NCBI RefSeq assembly: GCF_006345805.1
Contig: NW_021833248.1
Location: forward strand, 16,676 to 80,675
Direction: 5' to 3'
DNA length: 64,000 nucleotides
DNA from: Octopus sinensis
Lineage: Eukaryota
The notes below the pieces were generated by a model, which was not told where the DNA came from, did no database searches, and was given only the letters and a program-made list of their open reading frames with translations. Shown here piece after piece: positions 1 to 11,780 of the stretch. How positions within the stretch are numbered: position 1 is the stretch's first letter; each line of letters opens with the position of its first letter. Both the position numbers and the translations under genes were made by a program.

Positions 1-601
1 GAGTAACTGAAAAGAATTGAAGGCGATGAAGAAGGCAATTTTTAGAATAAAATTAGAGTTGTTTGAGGTAAGAACAACAGTCTGAATGTTCTTAAGTTAG
101 AAAGGTTACCTTTAAATTTTAATGATACAGTTACCTGTTTCCATACACGTTCATTAAGAGATGTGAAGTATTAAAATACATGAGTTTAGCACCAGCTCAT
201 GAGTATACATTTATAACTTTCGAGGATAGAATATCAACTGGACACATTCTTTTGTGGAAATTTGATGAATAAGAGATTGTAACACCTAATAAATAGGTGC
301 ATGGGTGTTGGACAAATTGCTCTTGAAAAGAAAATTCTGGAAAACAATTCATTGAGAATACAGAAACGAAACTGGAGGGAAATGACTACCAATTCCACTT
401 GCTCATCAGTTCAACTTGCTCATCAATTCAATTTGACTATCAATTCAACTACAGTTATAAATCAATCTCAGTTGAGGTGTATTGGGTAAGAGAAGATACC
501 TCTAAGTCATATTACAGTTAATGGGGGTCAGAAATAAGTGTTCAGTCATTACTTTTCCAAAAGGTTTAACACATGATATATTTTTCCTTGTCTTTCTAAA
601 G

Positions 602-611
602 CTGAATGTCC
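602..611 (+). pseudogene. Remnant of exon 2 (N-half of C-type lectin domain) of PAN-CTL gene copy A
   Basis: Acceptor context tttttccttgtctttctaaag|ctgaatgtcc matches copy C (tttttccttgtcttcctaaag|ctgaatgtcc, 55486). Only 10 nt of exon remain before the sequence resumes at the intron-2 homolog (tctcatt, 55737 in copy C). Confidence 0.8.
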
Positions 612-939
612 TCTCATTCTCTCTCTCCTTATGTATCTATCTCACACACACACACACACACGTACGCTCACACACTCTCACACACACACACACACACACA
701 TTCAAACGAAAATGTACGCAAGATGTATCTAATATCAAACTATAAATGTTTAATGACATTCTTAATTTAAATTTTCACAATAAAACTCGCAGATATAATT
801 CCGACTTTGGTCTAACCTTTTTCATTTGTACTCTCTACTCTGATTGTTTCGTTTACGTTGAGAAAATACATAGGCTTTTGATAAACTACTGAATTTAATC
901 ATTTAATTCACACATAAATTGTTAAAGAATTATAGTATA

Positions 940-1654
940 CTAGCAGTATAGCTCGGCTTTTCTCGGGATTAAGTTAGTATTATTAAGCTAATCAAGCTGT
1001 TTATTTCCAACCAAACTAACATCGACGTCAAATTTGAGCGAAATCCGTTGAAATTGGTAAACTTTTGGCTGAAAATGAGTTACAGACAATTTGATTGGGA
1101 AATCCCATAAGCAATCGGTTTATCGGTTTTTGCCACTCATCGATTTTTGTTTTTTTGTTTTTGGAGAACTTAAAGCATTCGAAGATCCAATGAATCCTAA
1201 GTAATGCTGGCATCAAGTTTGAACAAAATACATCAAAATTGGTAAACGTTATGGCTGAAAATGGGGTATAGCCAATTTTATTGGGAAATCCTCTAAGGAA
1301 TCGGGTTATCGATTTTTTTTTATCCTGATTAAATGGAAAACCCCATAAGGAATCAGTATATTGATTTTTTACCCCAAATAGAATTATTTTTATACTTTAA
1401 ATTTGGTTTTCACACCCAACACAGTTCTGCAGAATCAGTGTCGCGACGAGAGCGCATGGGTTGGGAGTTTGATCGGCAGAGGTGATCGGGTTGCACATAC
1501 CAGCTTTTTGACCCCCCCCCCAATCGAAGTCCCCTTTGACCATGGGTTGGAAACCCTTCCAAGAAGTAAAATAGAATGCCCAAAAGGGCTCCCGATCCTC
1601 TGTGTCAGAAGCGGTTATGTTCAGATCACAACGAAGCCTTAAGTGTATATATAT

Positions 1655-1710
<56 letters not shown>

Positions 1711-2007
1711 ATATGTAAGTATGGGCAACACACACACAAACATACACACACATACGTACACGTACTGCATACATGTTTTTGTATGCATACATGTTCGTGT
1801 GTGTGTTTGTGTGTGACTGAAGCCATTCACTCATACATACATAACAATCCCTCTCTCTCTCTCTCTGTCTTCACACACACTATCAAAACAACTCATACAC
1901 ACTACACTTTCTGTGCTGCACACCGCATATGTGTGTGTGCGTGCGTGTTTGATGGGGTGTGAAATACAGAAAGTGTAGTGCGTATGAGTTGTTTTGTTAG
2001 TGTGTGT

Positions 2008-2045
<38 letters not shown>

Positions 2046-2543
2046 GATAACAGATTTTTTATTTCGTTTTTAGTGATTGATTGACAGACAAAAAGAGAGG
2101 GAGTGAGAGAGGAGATGTTATGTATATATTTATGTGTAAATGGATTCAGTCACACATACACACGAACATGTATGCGTACAAAAGACAGGTACGCAATAGG
2201 TGTACGTGTGTGTGTGTGTGTGTGTGTGTTGCCCGTATATCAACAAAACACTTTTTTGTTCGATGGATAAAAAACAAATCTTAGCAAAAACTTACTCGTC
2301 GCTCATATTTGCAAACAATGTTGAATTTCTCCGAGTTTAAAATTGTTTAAAGTTTTGGTTGAACATATATTTTTACCGCTATTCGCTGGTGCCTCTGGGG
2401 AAAATAAGTTGACGAAATTACAGCTAGGATCAAGACGAATGTCCTCCTAAAATTAGAGCGACATTCGTGCTAATTTGTGGAGTGCATAAATTACATTCAC
2501 GTACGCACACGCACACACACACATCCTGCCTTATATATACAGA
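940..2543 (-). mobile_element. Non-autonomous Helitron
   Basis: Minus strand reads A|TCTGTATATATAAGG...GCCGAGCTATACTGCTAG|T: 5' TC, 3' CTAG with a GC-rich subterminal motif, inserted between A and T. Absent from the aligned paralog site near 56015. Contains internal duplications and microsatellites. Confidence 0.8.
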
Positions 2544-3241
2544 TTATATTATCATTTATTTTCAATGCATTACAAAGGAGAATCTGTTGCCCGTTAAAAT
2601 TATGTTCTACGTATTATACCTAAAAGTTTGAATGGATATTGAAAGAAAGGAAATATTTTGTGATATATCTTATTCGTTTACATTGTTTGAGATTTTAACA
2701 AATTTAATTTCAGTTTAATCAACGTTTAAATATTCAGGAATATCATTTAGACTAGGCCCTTTTCAATATTAAAAGGCGGCAACTTTATTACTTCGAATTT
2801 GGTATTTGTCCTACCTTCTAAGAGACACGTTAGTGACAATGTGAATATATTATCAACGAATAAATTTTGATTTTGGCTTTAATCAATACGCTGATTCTTA
2901 TTGTAGAACTCTAGAGTCGATTAAATTGCTCAACGATCTCATGAGTCATTCTGTGTAATTCCAATAAGATGAAAGTCTATATCCGTTTGTTTTAAATTTA
3001 TATGTAAACAGAGGTAATAAATAATTTACCTGCTATAATGGTTAGATAAGCACCCTTCATTTGCCAATAATTTACTCCTTATTTTTTTGTATGTATATAT
3101 TCACTATTTACCGAGTATATTGACACAAACTTTTCAACAGTGTATTCACTATTTTACATCAAGCCATCAATAACTGGTGTACATATACATATACACGCAT
3201 ACACATACATATATATATTACACAACACTACCCCACTGAAT

Positions 3242-4516
3242 ATGGCCAATAATTTTCAAAAACGCCGCTGGGTTGAAAATGAAATTACTGCAATGATTAA
3301 CGCTTGGTTCATCCATCACAACGAAGCTAATGTTTACAGTAAAATAACTGAGGATTTGACGAAAAAATCCTTTCACAGATCTGTAAAACAGATAGAAAAA
3401 AAATTAAAAGAAATTGTTAGGATATTCCCTATTTTTCACGCGCACATGGCTACACTAAAAGCCATTCTTGCCAACGAATCCAGTACCACAAATGAGCAAA
3501 TTCCAACAGGTCAGGGGTCACTTCAACAGCAACAATCAACTGACCTACTTCCATTGTCAACAGCACCTGATGAACCAAGTCAAGTTTCACCTTCGCTACA
3601 GCAACAAAAACAACAACAACAACAACAACAACACTCTAATACTACCACTAGTCAAGTTCCAATGCTGCTACAACAAAAACAACTCTCCACTACTGCCACA
3701 ATAGGAAAATCACTACTACATCCGCGTAAAACTATCTGCCATTACTACTCTCAAGGCAGCTGCAGATTTGACCACATTCTGGCAAGCCAGAACCCACCAT
3801 CACAAAATCAACAAGCTGCTTCTAACACCACTGCTACTACTGCCAAAATAGAAAAACCACTACTACAACCAAATAGAACCCCCTGGCGTTACTATTCTAA
3901 AGGCCATTGTAGATTTGGCCCCAGCGGCACAAACAAAAATGGACGCTGTGCTTTTCCCCATCCGACCTTATGTCGTAGACTTGCTATGGGCACCTGTCCA
4001 TACGGTATAACAGGAAGAAATTGCCCCCACCTCCACCCCAAATACTGTCCTAAATACAGAATCTATGGTTCTGATCCTAAATACGGATGCATAAGAGGCA
4101 ATGGATGCACCTTATTCCATCCTAAACTGTGCCAAACTTCTGTCTCACAAAGGATGTGCCTGAACCCAGAATGCAACTACCACCATCTGAAGGGCACAAA
4201 ACGATCACAGAATAGATATAAACAGGAACAGAGGAAATCTAGGACAACAACAAGAACAAAATACAACCACGTTTCCCCTCCTGCAATCAAACAACGTAGA
4301 CAGAACCATGAAAAAACACCAAATAACGCCAACTTGAAATATGTATCTTGTGACCAAGTGGCAAACCAAACAAGTAACTCTTTTTTACTGACATACCTGG
4401 AAAATATGAAGGCCGACCTAAGCCAGGAGATCCAGCGAGCCATCACCAACCATCTATGCAAATCACAAGGACCACTCACCCATTACCAACTTCCCTTACC
4501 TCGACATTCCTGTTAA
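3242..4516 (+). CDS. LINE ORF1: Myb/SANT-like N-terminal domain, Gln-rich linker, tandem CCCH zinc fingers
   Basis: Open frame from ATG 3242 (MANNFQKRRW...). RRWVENEITAMINAW...VYSKITEDLTKKSFHRSVKQIEKKLK fits the trihelix Myb/SANT-like pattern. Fingers: CRRLAMGTCPYGITGRNCPHLH, CPKY...GCIRGNGCTLFH, CQTSVSQRMCLNPECNYHH. Confidence 0.8.
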   Translation: MANNFQKRRWVENEITAMINAWFIHHNEANVYSKITEDLTKKSFHRSVKQIEKKLKEIVRIFPIFHAHMATLKAILANESSTTNEQIPTGQGSLQQQQSTDLLPLSTAPDEPSQVSPSLQQQKQQQQQQQHSNTTTSQVPMLLQQKQLSTTATIGKSLLHPRKTICHYYSQGSCRFDHILASQNPPSQNQQAASNTTATTAKIEKPLLQPNRTPWRYYSKGHCRFGPSGTNKNGRCAFPHPTLCRRLAMGTCPYGITGRNCPHLHPKYCPKYRIYGSDPKYGCIRGNGCTLFHPKLCQTSVSQRMCLNPECNYHHLKGTKRSQNRYKQEQRKSRTTTRTKYNHVSPPAIKQRRQNHEKTPNNANLKYVSCDQVANQTSNSFLLTYLENMKADLSQEIQRAITNHLCKSQGPLTHYQLPLPRHSC

Positions 4517-7372
4517 ATATACGTGGCATCAACCCATCAATTATTGCCCAAAAATGGAAGATCCCATATATAGAGAGTTGGATTGCCGAAATGGCACATT
4601 GCTTCCCTTTCTTTATCCTTACCGAGACTCACCTGAACAACACCCATATGGACGCAGGGGTGAAAATAAAAGATTTCACCATTGTTCGTGCGGATCGCAC
4701 AGACCGAAATAAGGGAGGGACAGCCATCTTTATCCATGACTCCTTTTCACTTGATGCCAAGGACACATTTTCCAATGGCTACTGTGAATCGGTATCACTA
4801 TACAACAAAGCCAAGGACATAACCATTGTTGGTCTTTACAGGCCTCCCCAGGCACCTCTAAAGTACTTAGAAGAGTGCCTTAGCAAAGTCAAGTCCTTCC
4901 TTCGGAAGTACCACTCCGGAAACATACTAGTGATGGGTGATTTTAACCTCCCTCATGTGAACTGGCCCACAAATACTCCGAAGTTAGGCAAGTGCTCTAC
5001 ATCAGATAGGGCAGCAGCAGAACTGCTCTTTAATCTGATGGATGAGTATTTCCTGACTCTGCTAGTGCTTGAACCAACGAGACAGAATAAAACGATCTTG
5101 GATCTGGTATTGACCAATCACTCTAGCTACGTTCACAGTATTTCAGTCGAAAAAACTCTCCTCTCAGACCACGACATGGTACTCTGCAATCTTAATTCTC
5201 GACATATAAAAACCAAACCAGCCACTCCCACTCCATGGCACCCATTTGACAACATAAACTTCCACAAAGCGGACTGGGGAACAATCAGAAAGGATCTGTC
5301 TTCCATCGACTGGTCTTTTACTCTCAATTCCCCTCATATTGAGACCGCGTGGCAGCACTTTGAAAACATTGTCACCTATACATGCTCTAAACACGCTCCC
5401 AAGAAATCTACTAACACAAACAGAAACCGGCTCCCTAAAAAGAAAAAAACACTCATCAGGCGCATCAAAAGACTCAACAAAAATTCAACCAATTAAAATA
5501 TTCCCACACACAACATCCACATTCAACAACAATGAAAAGACTAGAGCTGGAAAAACTTCATCTGCAGACTAACATGAAAACCTCCATTGAAAATCAAAGA
5601 GCTGTGGAGGAACAATGGGTAATCAAAAACATCAAACAGAACCCAAAAGTGTTCTATTCTTATGCAAATAAGCATAGAAGCACTGTCTCACCCATTGGGC
5701 CATTGATTGATGATAACGGCATTCCCCAACACGATGCTAAAGAAATGGCAGAAATACTGCAGAAACAATACTGCTCTGTCTTCAGTGTTCCCACGTGAGG
5801 GAAACGAACGAAGTTGACTCCCAACACAAAATCGCAGACATAACCTTCACTGCCACCGACATCGTAGCAGCAATAAATGAGGTCAAACATTACTCTGCTG
5901 TAGGCCCTGATAGATTTCCCGCTAGTCTCCTGAAGGAATGTAGATATCAACTTGCAGTCCCTCTGACCAACCTCTGGAGAAACTCGTTAGACGCAGGTTA
6001 TATACCGAAACAGTTTCTATCCCAGTCGGTCATCCCGGTTTTCAAACAGGGAAACAGATCCCTCGCAGTCAACTATCGCCCAATCTCACTCACCTCCCAC
6101 ATCATTAAAGTGTTCGAAAGAGTGTTAAGATCAAGGATAGCTGACTTCCTGGAGACCCACAAACTCCTAAATTCAAATCAGCATGGCTTTCGCTCTGGCA
6201 GGGACTGTCTAACACAGCTCTTACACCACATTGAAGATGTACTCAAAGCCTTGGGAACAGGTTCGAACTCTGACGTCATATATCTTGATTTCAGCAAAGC
6301 GTTCGACAGGGTAGACCATAACATACTACTCTCGAAATTGGCAAATGTTGGAATCCGTGGAAAAGTTCTACACTGGATACAGTATTTCCTGGCGAATAGA
6401 ACACAACATGTTGTAGTTGATGGAGTCCACTCAAACCCAGCAAAAGTCACCAGCGGTGTTCCCCAGGGAACTGTTTTGGGTCAGCTACTCTTCATAATTT
6501 ACGTAAACGACCTTTCCAGTGTCGTACATCACTGCAAAGTGAAAATATTCGCTGATGACACTAAGCTCCATCAAATCGTCAATGAAGAAGCAGACCGAAC
6601 TCAACTCCAGTCTGATCTATATGCTGTGAGTCAATGGGTAGACAGAAGCAAAATGCAACTGAATGAGGGAAAATTTGAGCTGATGCATTTTGGAAGAAAT
6701 TCCTCACTAAAACAACCATACTCTCTTCCTTCAGGGGAACCGCTCACAGCCTCTAACAATATCAGAGACCTGCGTGTAATTGTTGATGACGATCTCAGTT
6801 GGAGTGCACACATCAACAAGAAGGTCGATATAGCTCGTAGGATGAGTTCCTTGATCTTAAGAACTTTCCGGTCCAGAGAACAAGGTGTCATCATACCACA
6901 TTTTTCCTCCTTTGTACGGCCACACCTTGAATACTGCTGCCCACTGTGGTCTCCTCACACAAGACAAAACATCTCCAGAATTGAGTCACCCCAGAGGGCT
7001 CTCACTAAACAAATTGAAGGCATGGCTGCTCTCGATTATTGGGATCGCCTTAAAGCCTTGAAACTTTACTCCCTCCAGCGTCGCCGTGAGCGGTACATCA
7101 TTTGTACGATGTGGAAAATATACCGCCAACTTTACCCAAACGACCTAAACATTAGCTTCAAGGTTCATCCAAGACTTGGACCACGGGCTATACGTCCCCT
7201 GCCAAATTCAAGATCACAACATACATGTACACTGCAACATAATTTCTTTTCCTCAATAGGCCCTGCCCTATTTAACATTGTCCCGAGGGAGATCAAAGAG
7301 GAAAAGGATCCCATCAACTTTAAACAGAGTCTGATAGATTCCTTCAAAGAATACCAGATAAGCCACCCATAA
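4456..7372 (+). pseudogene. LINE ORF2 (apurinic endonuclease + reverse transcriptase), frameshifted
   Basis: APE motifs LLNIRG, LTETHL, GLYRPP, GDFNLP, LDLVLT, SDH. RT motifs YRPISLTS, QHGFR, YLDFSKAFD, GVPQGTVLG, FADD, LEYCCPLWSP, LQRRRERY. Split over ORFs 4456-5496, 5532-5798 and 5795-7372 by at least two frameshifts. Confidence 0.92.
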
Positions 7373-7373
7373 T

Positions 7374-7459
7374 TGGATACAACTCACCCAACAAGAACTC
7401 ACTACTTGAACAAAACTGGATACAACTCACCCAACAAGAACTCACTACTTGAACAAAAC
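7374..7459 (+). repeat. Exact 43-bp tandem duplication at the end of the LINE RT region
   Basis: tggatacaactcacccaacaagaactcactacttgaacaaaac occurs at 7374-7416 and 7417-7459. Confidence 0.95.
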
Positions 7460-8564
7460 TTGACTTAAACAGGATTCGAATAATCCTATCAGGTGGTGCT
7501 ATTAAGTTAGACATAGCCTGGACCAATCTCTGGTCGAAACATATCTAAGTTTTATCTAAGTTTTATATATATATATATATATATATATTCATATTTATAT
7601 ATATATGAAAAACATGAAGACATAGAAGACGTTGAAATATTTCTTTACTTTTCCTGAATTTTTCTTGCCACTAGGATCGAGGAATGGATTTCAGTATCTA
7701 GTTTACTGGTGCAAATAACAAGAAATCAATTTAAGTTAACTTATGCGATAGGATAAGATTCATCGTAATTATTTCTAAGTTAGACCCCCATTCCTGTAAT
7801 TTGAAGCGGATAGCTTGTAGTTGATTACATTGAATACGGAGGAATACAAGGTAAAGTTGACCTCGGAGTGATATAAGTTCAAATTGTAAAAAGCCAGAAA
7901 ATATACTCCGAATCATTTCCAAAGCTGTAACATATCTATCAATCGAACAAATTTGTAGTGGAAGTCATATTAAGACGTGAATATGTGTGAAGTTCCATCT
8001 CGTAGTGACCGTGAAATTAACAAATAATATTCCACTATATTATTATTCATAGTCTACTTTATGATGTTCCCTAACTCTTCTAGTAACAGTTAATGTCATA
8101 GCTCAGTATTTTAAGAAACTATTGAAAGAGAAACAAAGAATAACTAGAGATGCAATTATAACAGTAAATGCTCGTTGTTGTTGTTGTTTTATAACATTGC
8201 AATTTCACAGTATTAACATCCATACTTATAATTCACATAAATCATATAATTGGGAAATAGCATGAGCACCTGAATTTCCCATTCTCTGGTCCTTCTGTAT
8301 GTGATCGTGCACTTTAAGTTTGACAATACAATGCAACTCCAGACATCTGTGTTGTTTGACTGGCTAGAAATAGCAGTTAAATCACTTTTACATCACACCA
8401 ACCGCCACAAGAAATGTACGTCACATAGGGCCACGTCTACATAGTGATGTACAAAAAGAAACGTCGTGGAGATACCTGCAATATTAAGTCATCTCATTGT
8501 CTAGGACAACTCCAAGGCTAGACAACTGTTGCTGCTGCAGCACCTCATCCACTTCCACTTCATC

Positions 8565-8675
8565 CCCTCCAGCACCTCCCCCCTCCTCCTCCTCCTCCTA
8601 ATACTACTACTACTACCACCACCACCACCACCACTACTACTACTACTATACTACTACTACTAATATTACCACCAC
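8565..8675. repeat. Compound (CTC)n(TAC)n(CAC)n microsatellite
   Basis: Directly visible; the homologous array in copy C (61440-61605) is longer. Confidence 0.9.
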
Positions 8676-9399
8676 ATTAATAAATTTCTAAAGCTATACT
8701 TTGCATTCAGCTTGAAAAGCACATACTTATATCATAAGAAGTATGTGATTATCTGTCATATTAATTTTAACTATTAATTTTAACTATTAATTCATATTAA
8801 TTTTAACTATTGACACACATTGCTGACTTCCCTAGAAGACAAAGTTACTAATTTTGTAAGAAAGATTTAAGAATAGGTACAACTTAGTTAAAGAGATAAC
8901 TCTGTTATTGTTAAACGTTATGAATATAAATGATACAGAAAATTTGCTGTACATAAGCAAATATGTAAATGCAAAATCTTTATTATTTTCTTTTATAAAG
9001 TAAATCTATTCCATTTCCTACTTTTCTACATAATTGTCTTGTTTATTTACAATGCGAAAATCGTACTCGACTAAAATACATTAGACAAATTTACTGTTAT
9101 TCATGTAAATCTTGCATAAATAATAGCACTGCCTATTTCAGTAATCAAATAGTTTTCGAGTCTCTAGAAGCAGGATTTTAGATTAAATTTGTCAACTATT
9201 TATGTGTCCTCTTTTCAAGAGAAGCGTCATATATTGGTGAACAATCAACAGCGTTGGGAAGCATAAAGATAAAAGTTGTAGTTGAGAAAACTTTAGCTAA
9301 CATATAGGAATGGAAGCCATCTGAATGTTGGTAAGGATTTACCTGTATCATGGTCAATAGCAGCGAGTATTCAAACGCCGACATCATGATTTCGGTTCA

Positions 9400-9870
9400 A
9401 AGAGTGATTTGTGAGAAATGTAGAGGCTGTAAGATGTGATATGTACATCATGGAAACAAAGTTACCCCAAAGTTGCTGGAATGATTCGTCTCCTTGCTCT
9501 ATCTCAAGTGGTTGTCGTAAAATATTTACGAATTCACCAGCCCTAATTTCTGGGATCCTAATTTCCCCAATTTTAATTCAACGGGTTACTATGTGTTGGG
9601 TGCAGTTGAGAAAGTCATCAAGTGCGCTGCCTGCAACGCTAAGGCCGAGGTGTTCGAAGAGTTACCTTTGTACACATTGAGAAATGCATGTACCAAGTTT
9701 CGGACCTGTCTTGAGGCCGTGTTGGAAATTGAGGCCGCTACCTTGAGTAAAGAATTATTTTCTAACCACAATCTCGTTAATATCTAAAAACAAAAATATA
9801 TATTTTATTTTTGGATGGAATATTGTATTTTCTTGATATTTTATGCAAACTATCTAATTTAACCCGAACA
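9400..9870 (+). mobile_element. Degenerate Tc1/mariner (maT-like) transposase C-terminal remnant
   Basis: YYVLGAVEK...ACNAKAE...LRNACTKFRTCLEAVLEIE resembles the maT/Tc1 C-terminus (DYYVWG...ACARFRSRLEAV..AEGG). Homologous to 62580-63520. Confidence 0.65.
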
Positions 9871-10762
9871 CAGCTCAAAGAAGTGGGGGAGCAATATTTC
9901 AATTACGTCGACTCTAATAGAATACTTGTTATTTCATCGATACTAAAGAGAAGGAAAACCAAAGTTCAATCTGAGTTCAAATAACACCCTGTCGGCAAAA
10001 TCTGAACTCCGGATATGAAAAGTTGTGGATTTGTTCTTCATCCGTCTTTTTCTACTTTAATTTTGCAAATTACCATATTTTCTGTACATTAGTTATGATA
10101 AATTTATCAAAATTTTGTTTTTGTATAACTGCACTTCAATGACTGAATCCAATATACGTGAATGTTGGGTTTCTTAGTTTTATTTTAGAGTGTTACGTTT
10201 ATATCTGTATGAGAAGCGTGGAAATGTGTTTCTGAAAGCCTAAACTACATTGTGGGCATAATTCTAAACAACCGAGCCTATTAAAAACACTTTTTTTCAA
10301 TCCAAGTTACATTAAATTTGGTTAAATCCGACAGTCCAATATATTCTCATATGTTAGGTACGTCTATAGGAACGTATGTTTGTATGTAAAAATATAGTTT
10401 TAAAACACAAATGGGGAATTCATTACATTCTGATGCGTTTAAAAATGTTAAGTCATTTCTCTCCTACCTGCAAAACACGGGACACACCACCGGATTATAT
10501 GCAGATTTTGAGCTGTATCAGAGTGGGTGAAAATAACTGCACTGAGTGATCATTTGACTGGTCCTAACTACATAATATAGTCCAGAATGCATTGTGCAAG
10601 CACAAATAAGGCGGAATATCATGATTGATCATGGTTACGCTTGGGCTTAACAACAACAATAACAAGAATATCAATAAGATTCTATAATGGTAAAATATAC
10701 ATCGAATAATAAAATGTATTTGCATGCCGATTCTTGATCTGTGATTTACGTTTGTTTTTCAG

Positions 10763-11001
10763 AAAAGTGGCCAAACGAACACTTCTATTTTGGATTGTGT
10801 AAAGACATGAAGAAAGCCGTCTTTCTATGGCAGAATGGAGAAGCACCTACTTATGATTTCTGGATGGTGGGTAGGCCTGACAATCATGGTGGCATTCAGC
10901 ACTGTGGACTTTTAGACCACAGAAGTAATCACAGATGGAATGATGAAGGTTGCAACGAGCAGGGCTGTGAGAGATATATATGCGAGATAGTCATGCGATA
11001 A
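10763..11001 (+). CDS. Terminal exon 3 (C-half of C-type lectin domain) of PAN-CTL gene copy A
   Basis: Phase-1 acceptor gtttgtttttcag|aaaag. Encodes KWPNEHFYFGL...FLWQNG...FWMVGRPDNHGGIQHCGLL...RWNDEGC...YICE then stop: typical CTLD WxGxP-N, C, WND-C, ICE motifs. Phase matches the exon 2 donor of copy C. Confidence 0.85.
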
Positions 11002-11047
11002 ATGTGTAACTGGAAGAACTGTAATTACACAAGCACAAACAAACAAA

Positions 11048-11090
<43 letters not shown>

Positions 11091-11464
11091 GCACACACAC
11101 GCACACACACACACACACACACGCACGCTCACACATGCACAACCATGCATACATACAGAATCACACTATTTATGTAAGTATATATATATTTGTGTACGTA
11201 TACATATATACCTATATATATGTATAAGTATGCATATATTCATATACATACATACATCCATACACACACACAAACACGCGCATGTTAATGGGCAATATAT
11301 GGATTTATATAATCCGGTGGTAATCACACAAAAAACTGCTGTAGTGGAACGAACTACAAACCACATAATAAACCAATGCCTATGAGGGTATTGTAGAATC
11401 CTATGCATTTAGAATTCAGTTAATCCAATCAGTGAAGATAATTTCAGGAGAAATATATAGAATA

Positions 11465-11780
11465 CTAGCAGAGATACCCGGCGTTGCCCGTGTTACATGC
11501 TATTGAAGAATTAGACTTTTCATATTTTTATATGATTCCAATTTCATCAAAATTGGAGATTAAGAATTTTAATTAGAGTTCTTTCCTTCTTTACGCACAT
11601 TAACAAACATTATAATTATGACTATTTATCCGATACTACTCATCTTTATGCCCAAATCCCAAAATCCAAACCTTATAAAAGCTATTCAAAGGTTTTTGCT
11701 CCTGAAAAAAAAAAGGGTACATGGAGCTCTAAAATGTGGGAGTTAAGGCCCCTATTAGGGGGTCATCAAGTCAAGTAGAG
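11465..11780 (-). mobile_element. Helitron 3' end fragment
   Basis: ACTAGCAGAGATACCCGGCGTTGCCCG is the reverse complement of a hairpin + CTAG|T Helitron terminus. The 5' extent is uncertain. Confidence 0.6.

Larger units (their letters stand above)
3219..7563 (+). mobile_element. Near full-length CR1-like (APE-RT) LINE inserted in a (TA)n tract
   Basis: ORF1, APE and RT domains in order; tail (TCTAAGTTTTA)x2 running into (TA)n; (TA)n also lies at the 5' side. Not present in the aligned intron of copy C. Confidence 0.9.

Noticed and set aside
1397-2284. Many ORFs rich in YIYI/HTHT/CVCV/LSIY/IIII here and throughout the window
   Set aside because: They are translations of (TA)n, (CA)n, (TATC)n and (TAA)n microsatellites with no domain content.
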